Shown here: piece after piece, positions 7,913 through 15,499 of the stretch | How positions within the stretch are numbered: the first letter of the stretch is position 1 | Layout of the letters: each line of letters opens with the position of its first letter | Assembly (NCBI GenBank): GCA_013815585.1 | Contig: JACDFU010000003.1 | Span: forward strand, 1 to 41,651 | Length of the DNA: 41,651 nt | Origin: Chloroflexota bacterium | Lineage (GTDB): Bacteria; Chloroflexota; Limnocylindria; Limnocylindrales; CSP1-4 | Direction: 5' to 3' | Notes under the pieces: generated by a model | What the model saw: only the letters and a program-made list of their open reading frames with translations | Told to the model about the DNA's origin: nothing | Databases searched by the model: none | Program-made: the position numbers and the translations under genes

Positions 7913-9490
7913 TCAGGGCAGCTGCACCATGCAGACCGGCCGCCCGTCACGGCCCCAGGAGAAGCAGGCCATCTCCTGCCGTGAGGCCCACGCCGCCGGA
8001 TGCAGCGCAGCCCATTCCGGCACGTCCTCACGCTCGTCGGCGATCCAGCGCACACCACGCGTGGCATACAGGTCACCGGGGTTCACGCCGGTCGCGGGGC
8101 GCGAAACCACCGTCACGGAAGGCACGACGAAGCCGAGAAGGGGGGCGTACTCGCCCTGGACAGCGGTACCGGCCGGAATCAGGTCGCTCGCACGGTCGAG
8201 CAGGGGCATCAGCTCGCGCGTCCCCGAGGCGATCCAGCCGGCGTGGGCGAAGACGCCGGGTGCGGTCAGCGCTGTTATCGCGAGCAGCCCGACCGCCACG
8301 TTCGCACCACCCCCCAGGCGACCGGCCGAACTGGTCGATCGATCGGGATCACTCCGGCGCCGGCGGAGCTCGATGGCCATCACAGAGAGGCCAACGGCGG
8401 TCAGGATCGCAAGCGCCGGCAGGGCCTGGAGTAGGTAGCGGTTCGGCCGATAGGAGAGGAAGAGCAGGACCCCGATGGCCGCCAAGGCCCAGCCAAGCGC
8501 GCCGCCCGCAAGAGCCCGGCTTCCCACCGGAAGCCGGCGCCAGGCAATCGCCATCGCGAGGGCCCCCGCCAGCCCGGCGAGGAGTAGTGGCCCGGCCAGG
8601 CCCAGCATGCCGTCGTTGCTCGCCGCGAAGCGGGCCAGGCGGGCCGCCAGATCAGTTGGACCCGTCGGGAGCGTCTGCTCGGCCAGGATCCGGCGCAGCG
8701 TCTCGAGCTCCCAGCGCATCGGCAGGCCGATCGCCCCCACCCAGCCCAGGGCGAAGAGCGCGATGGCGCCGAGCGCTCCCGTAAGCCAGCGCCGGGGGGC
8801 CGAAGGCCTGAGCCCGCCGCCCACGGTCGCACCCACCAGGAGGCCCGCCACGCCAAAGGCTGCGTTCGTTTTCGTGCCGATCGCCAAAGCCAGCAGGCAG
8901 CCCGCCAGGAAGCCCCACCGCCCGGCGCGCCGATCCTCCATGCGGAGCACGAGCAGGCAGCCGCCGGTCAGCAGGAGCGCCACCAGCATCTCGGCGTAGG
9001 CCAGGCGTCCGTAGTACAGGACGAGGGCCGAGCCGGCGAAGGCGAACGCCCCCACGACCGCTGGCCCGGCCCCGAGAGAGCGGCGAAGGCCGGCAGCGAC
9101 CAGGAGGCTCGTGCCTGCCGTGAGCAGGACAGCGACCAGCCGAGCCTGCAGGATGCCGACGCCCAGCAGGCCGAAGGCCGCGGACTGGAGCGCCGTGTAG
9201 GGCAGCGTCAGAAGATGGAGGTTCCAGTCGTCTGTGGAGAGCCGGCCGAGCAGCACGAGGTTACGCGCGTTGATCGCGTAGTAGGCCTCGTCGGTGAAGG
9301 GGCTGTTGCTGAAGGTGACGCCTCGGGCCGGATCGACGTCGAGGAAGGGCAGCACCAGCGCCAGGAACGCAGCCGGCGGAAGCAGCGGCAGCCAGGATTG
9401 TCCCCGCCAGATCCCGCTCGCGCCGAACGACGAGTCAGGCGTTGAGCCAGGCCTCGATGACGTCGGCGATCCGCTCGCCGGCCCGGCCAT
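7913..9490 (-). CDS. GT-C fold glycosyltransferase (ArnT/PMT-like, GT39/GT83-type), polytopic membrane protein
   Basis: There are ten or more predicted TM segments, and the first-loop motif SPFTDEAYYAINARN (DE...Y) is typical of polyprenyl-phosphate-sugar-dependent GT-C enzymes. A C-terminal soluble domain follows. The start is uncertain: ATG 9490 overlaps the wecB 3' end by 56 nt, and the tracked ORF begins at 9535. Confidence 0.7.
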   Translation of the reverse strand: MAGPASGSPTSSRPGSTPDSSFGASGIWRGQSWLPLLPPAAFLALVLPFLDVDPARGVTFSNSPFTDEAYYAINARNLVLLGRLSTDDWNLHLLTLPYTALQSAAFGLLGVGILQARLVAVLLTAGTSLLVAAGLRRSLGAGPAVVGAFAFAGSALVLYYGRLAYAEMLVALLLTGGCLLVLRMEDRRAGRWGFLAGCLLALAIGTKTNAAFGVAGLLVGATVGGGLRPSAPRRWLTGALGAIALFALGWVGAIGLPMRWELETLRRILAEQTLPTGPTDLAARLARFAASNDGMLGLAGPLLLAGLAGALAMAIAWRRLPVGSRALAGGALGWALAAIGVLLFLSYRPNRYLLQALPALAILTAVGLSVMAIELRRRRSDPDRSTSSAGRLGGGANVAVGLLAITALTAPGVFAHAGWIASGTRELMPLLDRASDLIPAGTAVQGEYAPLLGFVVPSVTVVSRPATGVNPGDLYATRGVRWIADEREDVPEWAALHPAAWASRQEMACFSWGRDGRPVCMVQLP

Positions 9491-10547
9491 CCCAGAGCGG
9501 GGGCCCTTCTCGCTCACCTGCCACAGCGGCCCCACCGGCGAGAACCTTCTCCGCCGCGGGCAGCACGCCCTCCGGCTCCACGAGGCGGTTCGTGCCGTGG
9601 CTGATGGTGATGGGCCGCTCGGTATTGGGACGGACCGTCAGGCAGGGCACGCCGAGCGCGGTCGTCTCCTCCTGGATTCCGCCCGAATCAGTGACGACCA
9701 GCCGGGCGCCGCGTACGAGTGAAAGGAACTCGATGTAGCCCATTGGGTCCACGATTCGCAGCCGATCGCCGGCCCGGAGCCCCGCGGCCGCGAGCTGGCC
9801 CCCGCCGCGCGGATGGAGCGGGATCACGAGCTGGATGCGCTCGCTGAGCCCGACCATGGCGCTGACGATCCGCTGGGCCGCCTCGGGGCTGTCCACGTTG
9901 CCTGGGCGGTGGAGGGTGCCCACCGCGTACTCCGTCTCCAGGCCGAGGCGTTCGCGAGCCGCGTCCGCGTCGAAGCGGTCGAGGTTCGCCATCAGCGTGT
10001 CGATCATCGGGTTGCCGACGAAGTGGATCGATGCGGCATCGGCCCCCTCGCGAGCCAGGTGAGCGATCCCCTCGGGACTCGTGACGAACAGCAGTTCAGA
10101 TAGCGCGTCGGTGAGGCGGCGGTTGATCTCCTCGGGCATGGTCGGATCGAAGCTGCGGAGCCCGGCCTCGACGTGCGCGACGGGCAGTACGAGCTTTGCC
10201 GCCACGAGTGCCGCGGCGATCGTCGAGTTGACGTCGCCGTACACCACGACGAGGGCGGGGCGTTCCCGCTCGAAGGCCTTCTCGAGCGCGACGAGCAGAG
10301 CCGCCGTCTGCGTCGCGTGGCTGCCCGATCCGACGCCCAGGTTCAGGTCCGGCTCTGGCAGGCCCAGGTCTCGAAAGAAGATGTCGGACATCGTGGCGTC
10401 GTAGTGCTGGCCGGTATGAATCACCCGTTGCGCCACTTCCCGATCCTCCAGCGCTCGGATCACCGGGGCGGCCTTCATGAAGTTCGGGCGGGCGCCCACG
10501 ATGTGGGCGATCGGGGCGCCCATGATGTGGGCGATCGGGGCGGCCAT
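9435..10547 (-). CDS. wecB: UDP-N-acetylglucosamine 2-epimerase (non-hydrolysing)
   Basis: Motifs: VGARPNFMKAAPV, HTGQHYD..MS..FF, VVVYGDVNSTIAAALVAAKL..PVAHVEAGLRSFD..MPEEINR and DSGGIQEE. Possible starts are GTG 10556, ATG 10547 and ATG 10523. ATG 10547 is chosen because TATTGT lies 7 nt upstream. Confidence 0.9.
   Translation of the reverse strand: MAAPIAHIMGAPIAHIVGARPNFMKAAPVIRALEDREVAQRVIHTGQHYDATMSDIFFRDLGLPEPDLNLGVGSGSHATQTAALLVALEKAFERERPALVVVYGDVNSTIAAALVAAKLVLPVAHVEAGLRSFDPTMPEEINRRLTDALSELLFVTSPEGIAHLAREGADAASIHFVGNPMIDTLMANLDRFDADAARERLGLETEYAVGTLHRPGNVDSPEAAQRIVSAMVGLSERIQLVIPLHPRGGGQLAAAGLRAGDRLRIVDPMGYIEFLSLVRGARLVVTDSGGIQEETTALGVPCLTVRPNTERPITISHGTNRLVEPEGVLPAAEKVLAGGAAVAGEREGPPLWDGRAGERIADVIEAWLNA
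10495..10542. repeat. 24-bp tandem duplication (1 mismatch) inside the wecB 5' end, duplicating 8 codons that include a start codon
   Basis: 10495-10518 reads cccacgatgtgggcgatcggggcg and 10519-10542 reads cccatgatgtgggcgatcggggcg. In the protein this gives AAPIAHIM followed by GAPIAHIV. Confidence 0.9.
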
Positions 10548-10653
10548 CGATGTCACAATAGCGGCCCGCCGGGACCCGACGCGCCAGCCCGGGACGGCCG
10601 CCGAGTCGGACCTGCTTCCTCGTGATCCTCCTCGCCCTGACCGCTCGCCGCGC

Positions 10654-12504
10654 GTGATCTTCGCCCCGACCTTCCGTCATGCGGCTTCCGCCGCGCTCCG
10701 CAAGGCCGTCCGCAACCCGTTCGCCGCGCTCCGTTCGCTCCATTGGATCACGCGCAATCGCAAGCTGCGCGCCTTGCTGCGCCTGAGCGAGTACGTGGAG
10801 CCCGCGACCCGGGGGCGCTTCTATCGCCGGGCCCTGAGGGTCGCCAACCGCCTGTTGCGTCGGCGGGCCGACCATTCGATCGGCGCTCCGCTCAAGGCTC
10901 TCGCGCTATGGGAGCTCGGGCGCGAGGAGGACGCCATGGCCTTCATCCAGCGCGTTCGACCCAATGCGCCGGACGACACGCGGGTTCGGCTGGGCATCTT
11001 CTGTGCGGCGATCGGCCGACCGCCACCGAAGCAGCTCCGTCTCAGCGAGCTGCGATCTCGAACACGGGCGGCGGCAATGACCGCAGAGCTTGCCTGGCGA
11101 AGCGGCCGGCTCCTGCAAGCGAGGCAGATGATCGCCGAGGGGCGGCGCCTCAAGCCCGACGACACTCGGTTGCAGCGCATATCCGACCGCGTGGAGGGGG
11201 AGCTGCGGGCGCTTCAGCCAGGCTGGCTGCCAACGACGGACGGGCGGGAGCCCGCCGCCAGACCAGGGCCAACCGTCCTTCGACCCGAGCGCGGCCGAAT
11301 TTTGCATTTCCTGACCAACTCCCTCCCTTTCAAGCAGGTCGGGTACACGGTTCGCGCGCAGCAGATCGCCCGGGCGCAGAAGGCTGCGTCACTCGACCCG
11401 CACATGGTGACGCGCGCCGGCTTCCCCATGAACGAGGGCTTCATCGGCGCTCAGGCAGAAGAGACCGTGGACGGCGTGCCCTACTACCGCCTCGCACCGG
11501 AGTTGCCGCCGGGAATGCGCCTCGACCAGCTGCTCGAGATGAACGTCGGGGAGGCTTCGCGGCTCATCGAGCGGCTCCGTCCGGCGGCGATCCACCCGAC
11601 GAGCAACCACCCGAACGCCCAGGTGGCGTTGGCGCTCCGAGCGCGCTACGGATTGCCCGTGATCTACGAGGTGCGCGGGTTCCTCGAGGAGACCTGGCTC
11701 TCGAAGGTGGGACCCGACGCGGCGTCAAGCGACAAGTACCGGCTCTCCCGGGCCAACGAGCTGGCCTGCATGCAGGCGGCCGATGCGATCGTGACGCTCT
11801 CAGAGACGATGAAGGCGGACATGGTGGCCCGCGGGGTGGAGGCGAACAAGATCGTGGTCGTTCCGAATGCGGTTGAAATCGAGCGGTTCCCCGTGCCCGT
11901 CCGGGACGACCGGCTGGCCGCGCGCCTGGGCCTCCGGCAGGGAGAGATCGTGATCGGCTACATCTCGAGCTTTGTCGAGTACGAGGGGATCCGGTACCTG
12001 ATCGAGGCTGGCGCACACCTTCGTGCTCGCGGCCGACCAGTGAAGATGCTTCTGGTTGGAGACGGGAACCAGCGCGCGGCCCTGGAGCAGCGAGCGCGCG
12101 AGCTCAGCGTGGAGGACGTGGTCATCTTCACAGGCCGCGTGCCGCACCAGGAGATCCTCAACTACTACAGCATCATTGACGTCTTCGTCATCCCGAGGAC
12201 GAGCGCGAGGGTCTCCCAGCTGGTGACGCCGCTCAAGCCATACGAGGCGATGGCCACGCAGCGCGCGATCGTGGTCAGCAAGGTCGGCGCCCTGCTGGAG
12301 ATCGTGCGCGAAGGTGAGACCGGCCTGGCCTTCGAGCCCGAGGACTCGGAGGACCTGGCCGACGTGGTCGAGCCGCTCCTCGCGGACCCGCTCGAGCGCG
12401 CCCGGCTGGGCGAAGCTGCCCGACGCTGGGTCATCGAGAACCGCACCTGGACCCAGAACGGCCAGCGCTATCGCGCGCTGTACGAGCGACTGTCCGTCGC
12501 CTGA
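10654..12504 (+). CDS. GT4 (group 1) glycosyltransferase with an N-terminal helical, TPR-like extension of about 230 aa
   Basis: The C-terminal two-thirds is GT-B/GT4-like: ILHFLTNSLPF..GYTVR, VIYEVRGFLEETW, VVPNAVE, LLVGDG and the E-x7-E region PLKPYEAMATQRAIV. The start is uncertain. GTG 10654 is used because the tracked ORF 5' end (10477) overlaps wecB on the opposite strand. Confidence 0.75.
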   Translation: MIFAPTFRHAASAALRKAVRNPFAALRSLHWITRNRKLRALLRLSEYVEPATRGRFYRRALRVANRLLRRRADHSIGAPLKALALWELGREEDAMAFIQRVRPNAPDDTRVRLGIFCAAIGRPPPKQLRLSELRSRTRAAAMTAELAWRSGRLLQARQMIAEGRRLKPDDTRLQRISDRVEGELRALQPGWLPTTDGREPAARPGPTVLRPERGRILHFLTNSLPFKQVGYTVRAQQIARAQKAASLDPHMVTRAGFPMNEGFIGAQAEETVDGVPYYRLAPELPPGMRLDQLLEMNVGEASRLIERLRPAAIHPTSNHPNAQVALALRARYGLPVIYEVRGFLEETWLSKVGPDAASSDKYRLSRANELACMQAADAIVTLSETMKADMVARGVEANKIVVVPNAVEIERFPVPVRDDRLAARLGLRQGEIVIGYISSFVEYEGIRYLIEAGAHLRARGRPVKMLLVGDGNQRAALEQRARELSVEDVVIFTGRVPHQEILNYYSIIDVFVIPRTSARVSQLVTPLKPYEAMATQRAIVVSKVGALLEIVREGETGLAFEPEDSEDLADVVEPLLADPLERARLGEAARRWVIENRTWTQNGQRYRALYERLSVA

Positions 12505-12613
12505 GATGACCTGAGCCTCCGGCGTCACGAACTGGACATCGGCGCTCCATGTGCGCAGTAACCGGCCGAGTGGCGCCGCACCGGGTCATACGCGCGCAGG
12601 GGGAGCGCTAGAG

Positions 12614-12638
12614 GCGTCCGGGAGCGCCGGACGCGTTT
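12614..12638 (+). terminator. Weak hairpin GCGTCCGG-GAGCG-CCGGACGC followed by GTTT (possible terminator in a convergent spacer)
   Basis: Read directly: an 8-bp GC stem with only a 3-T tail, about 110 nt after the GT4 stop. Confidence 0.3.
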
Positions 12639-12784
12639 CGGCTGACTGCCTGCACGCTCGCGACAGAGCAGCGAAGCGCTGCCGGGTGCTCGCCACGGGG
12701 CTTGAGGCTGGGCAGATCGCCCGTAGCGCTCGCCCGGCGAGCAGATGTCCGGTCACCGCGAGGCCGAGCTCCGTGCGCCTCGGC

Positions 12785-14197
12785 TCAGCCGGGGGCTGCC
12801 GCTGGTTCGCCCTCACTGACGGTCACGGCCGGTTCCTCTGGCGAGATTGAGGTCATCGAGCGGTTGTCCACAGCGACGCCCTGGCCAGCATGGTTGCTCG
12901 CCGCAGCCCAGCCCGCCCCGAGCCTGAGCACCTGGCCCGCGCGAACCGCGCGATCGCGGGAGCTGTTGACCGTGTCGACGACCAGACCGGCCCGCTCGTA
13001 AACGAGCGGCCAGTCGATCGAGTCGTGGGCGGTGACGACGACGACGACGTCGGAGCCCTTCACGAGGTCATCGAGCGGCTGGGATTCGAGCAGCTCCCCG
13101 CCAGTGGGCCGGAAGCGAGGCACGTAGGGGTCGTGATAAACGATCTCTGCTCCGCGCTCGACCAGGAAGGCAGAGATGTCCGCGGCCGGGGTGTTCCGCG
13201 CGTCGCGCACGTTGGGCTTGAACGCGACCCCCAGGAGGCCTACCCGGGCGCCCTTCAGCGCGCGGCCGCGCTCGTTGAGTGCCTCGCTCACGAGGTCCAC
13301 GACGTGACGGGGCATGGCGAAGTTGATGTCGCCCGCGAGCTCCACGAAGCGGTCGACGAAGCCGAACTCGCGAGCCCGCCAGGCGAGGTAGTACGGATCG
13401 ACGGGGATGCAATGCCCCCCCACGCCCGGTCCGGGGCGGAAGGGCATGAAGCCGAAGGGCTTCGTGGCCGCCGCGCCGATCACCTCCCATACATCGAGGC
13501 CCATCCGCTCGCAGAGGAGCGCCAGCTGGTTAACGAGCGCGATGTTGACGTTGCGAAAGACGTTCTCGAGCAGCTTGGCCAGCTCCGCGGCGTCCGGCGA
13601 GGAGAGCTCGTGCACCGTCGAGTTGATGTGACGTAGCAGGGTCGCGGCGCGGCTCGTCGCCTGGGGCGTGATGCCGCCCACGAGGCGCGGCACGTCGGCC
13701 CGGTGGCTGGCCGGATCGCCCGGATTGACGCGCTCGGGGGCAAAGGCCAGGTCGAAGTCACGCCCGGCCTCCAGGCCCGACTCCTCCAGCGCCTGCCGGA
13801 AAGGACCGGTGGTGGTGCCGGGGAACGTGGTCGACTGAAGGACCACCAGCTGGCCGGGGCGCAGGCGCTGCCGGATCAGCCGAGCCGCCGAGAGGACGGC
13901 AGTCAGGTCGGGGTCCTTGGCCTGGTTGATCGGCGTAGGGACGCAGACGAAGATCGCATCGCTGCCCGCCAGGTCGGCGCCGGCCGGCTGCACGATGCCC
14001 AGCCCCGCGGAAAGGGCCGCTGCCAGGCGCTTGTCGCTGATGTCATCGATCGGCGAGTGGCCGCCGCTCAGCTGGGCGACCCGCCCGGCGTCGGCGTCAA
14101 CGCCGAGGACCTCGAGCCCAGCCTCGACGAAGCTGACAGCAAGCGGCAGACCGACGTAGCCCATGCCGACGATCACGATTCGGCGGTCCTCGTTCAC
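12785..14197 (-). CDS. Nucleotide-sugar 6-dehydrogenase, UDP-GlcNAc/UDP-ManNAc dehydrogenase type (WbpA/TviB/Cap5O-like)
   Basis: The Rossmann start is IVIVGMGYVGLPLA. Other motifs are VCVPTP, ERVNPGD, LENVFRNVNIALVNQL and KPFGFMPFRPGPGVGGHCIPVDPYYLAWRAREFG, which includes the catalytic Cys. The GTG start overlaps the upstream stop (GTGA). Confidence 0.85.
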   Translation of the reverse strand: MNEDRRIVIVGMGYVGLPLAVSFVEAGLEVLGVDADAGRVAQLSGGHSPIDDISDKRLAAALSAGLGIVQPAGADLAGSDAIFVCVPTPINQAKDPDLTAVLSAARLIRQRLRPGQLVVLQSTTFPGTTTGPFRQALEESGLEAGRDFDLAFAPERVNPGDPASHRADVPRLVGGITPQATSRAATLLRHINSTVHELSSPDAAELAKLLENVFRNVNIALVNQLALLCERMGLDVWEVIGAAATKPFGFMPFRPGPGVGGHCIPVDPYYLAWRAREFGFVDRFVELAGDINFAMPRHVVDLVSEALNERGRALKGARVGLLGVAFKPNVRDARNTPAADISAFLVERGAEIVYHDPYVPRFRPTGGELLESQPLDDLVKGSDVVVVVTAHDSIDWPLVYERAGLVVDTVNSSRDRAVRAGQVLRLGAGWAAASNHAGQGVAVDNRSMTSISPEEPAVTVSEGEPAAAPG

Positions 14198-15456
14198 GGG
14201 CGCGAGGATACCCGGTCGCCCGCCAGATCCTCGATGAAGCCCACGTACCGGCGCGCCTCTTCCTCCCAGCCGAGCTCCCGCACCCGCCGCTCAGTGCGCT
14301 GGTTCCGCACGTCACGCTCCGCCGGATCGCTAACGAGCGTGAGGATGGCCCTGGCCAGGTCTCGTGAGTCGCCCGAGCGATATAAGGGCAGTGACTCGGG
14401 TGGGAAGTAACGCTCGACCGCCTTGAGCCGCGACGCTACGACCGGTTTCCCCATGATCGCGTACTCGAAGATCTTGGTCGACATCGTCATCTCGGTGAAT
14501 CGGTCGGCACGCGTTGGCGCGATGCCGAGATCCGCGGCGGCAATCGCCCCAGCGACCTCCTCTAGCGGGATGCGGCCGTGAAAGAAGACTCGATCCGCGA
14601 TGCCCAGCGCGGCAGCGCGCCTCTCGAGGCGCTCACGGCTGTCGCCCCGCCCGTACAGGTGCAGCTCGACCCGCTGTTCAGGGCCGAGTTTGGAGGCCAC
14701 TTGGGAGGCGGCCTCCAGGAGCACATCGAGCTCGTAGATCGGCGTGAGCGCCCCGGTGTAGACGAGCCGCAGCGTTTCGTCAGCCATGAAAGGTCGCTCC
14801 GGATGCACCGCTCGATCGAAACGTTGGAGGGCAGGCGAGTTGAGGATCACGGTCACCTTGCCGGCAGGCGTGCCGATCCGATGGAGCCGCTCAGCGAAGG
14901 GATGGTTCGCGGTCAGGACCGCATCGGCAGCCCGAATGGCCAGTCGTTCCTGAAGGTCCACAAGTCCCAGGATCAGCCGGTTGCGCATGCGCGGGAACCG
15001 GCTGCGAAACATTTCGGGCATCGCCTCGTGCAGGTCAAGGACGAGGGGCACGCCGACGACCCGGAGCGGCAACGCGGCGAAGATCAGGAAGTCAGGGATG
15101 GACGCCACCTGCGCGACAGCAAACCTGCGAGTCGGGTGTGAGCGGAGCAGAGCAACAACGACCCGCCCGAAGAACGTGAGGTATTCGCGAAGGTAGGTCG
15201 AGAGGTCGGCGCCCTGGTGGCGCTGCACGGGCAGGCGGTGCACGTTCACCCCGTCGACGACCTCCGAGGCAAGGTCTCCCGGCCTTCTGAGCGCGAAGAC
15301 GTCGACCGGCCGCCCGGCTCCGACCAGCGCCTCGGCCTGGCGACGGACGCGGGGATCCTCGTCGTAGTAGGCGTGGACGACAATGCAGACGGGGCGTCGC
15401 TGGCCCGAGCCGGACGGGGAACACCCCGCGCGGCGGGTTGCGCGCAAGCCTCGCAT
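14194..15456 (-). CDS. GT4 (group 1) glycosyltransferase
   Basis: GT-B pattern: VCIVVHAYYDEDPRVRRQAEAL, LDLHE, VILNS, HLYGRGD and the E-x7-E-like FEYAIMGKPVV. Confidence 0.8.
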   Translation of the reverse strand: MRGLRATRRAGCSPSGSGQRRPVCIVVHAYYDEDPRVRRQAEALVGAGRPVDVFALRRPGDLASEVVDGVNVHRLPVQRHQGADLSTYLREYLTFFGRVVVALLRSHPTRRFAVAQVASIPDFLIFAALPLRVVGVPLVLDLHEAMPEMFRSRFPRMRNRLILGLVDLQERLAIRAADAVLTANHPFAERLHRIGTPAGKVTVILNSPALQRFDRAVHPERPFMADETLRLVYTGALTPIYELDVLLEAASQVASKLGPEQRVELHLYGRGDSRERLERRAAALGIADRVFFHGRIPLEEVAGAIAAADLGIAPTRADRFTEMTMSTKIFEYAIMGKPVVASRLKAVERYFPPESLPLYRSGDSRDLARAILTLVSDPAERDVRNQRTERRVRELGWEEEARRYVGFIEDLAGDRVSSRP

Positions 15457-15466
15457 AAGCCGCCGC

Positions 15467-15493
15467 AGTATACCGATGGCCGCTGGCTAGACT
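15467..15493. promoter_or_regulatory. Back-to-back -10-like boxes in a 43-nt divergent spacer: TATACT (minus, 15467-15472) and TAGACT (plus, 15488-15493)
   Basis: TAGACT lies 6 nt before ATG 15500, with no Shine-Dalgarno sequence. TATACT lies 10 nt before ATG 15456. Confidence 0.4.
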
Positions 15494-15499
15494 TTCGCC

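Noticed and set aside
10477-10653. First 59 codons of the 675-aa GT4 ORF (MKFGRAPTMWAIGAPMMWAIG...)
   Set aside because: It is the reverse-strand image of the wecB 5' end, including the 24-bp duplication, so it is unlikely to be translated. A start at or after GTG 10654 is preferred, although it remains uncertain.
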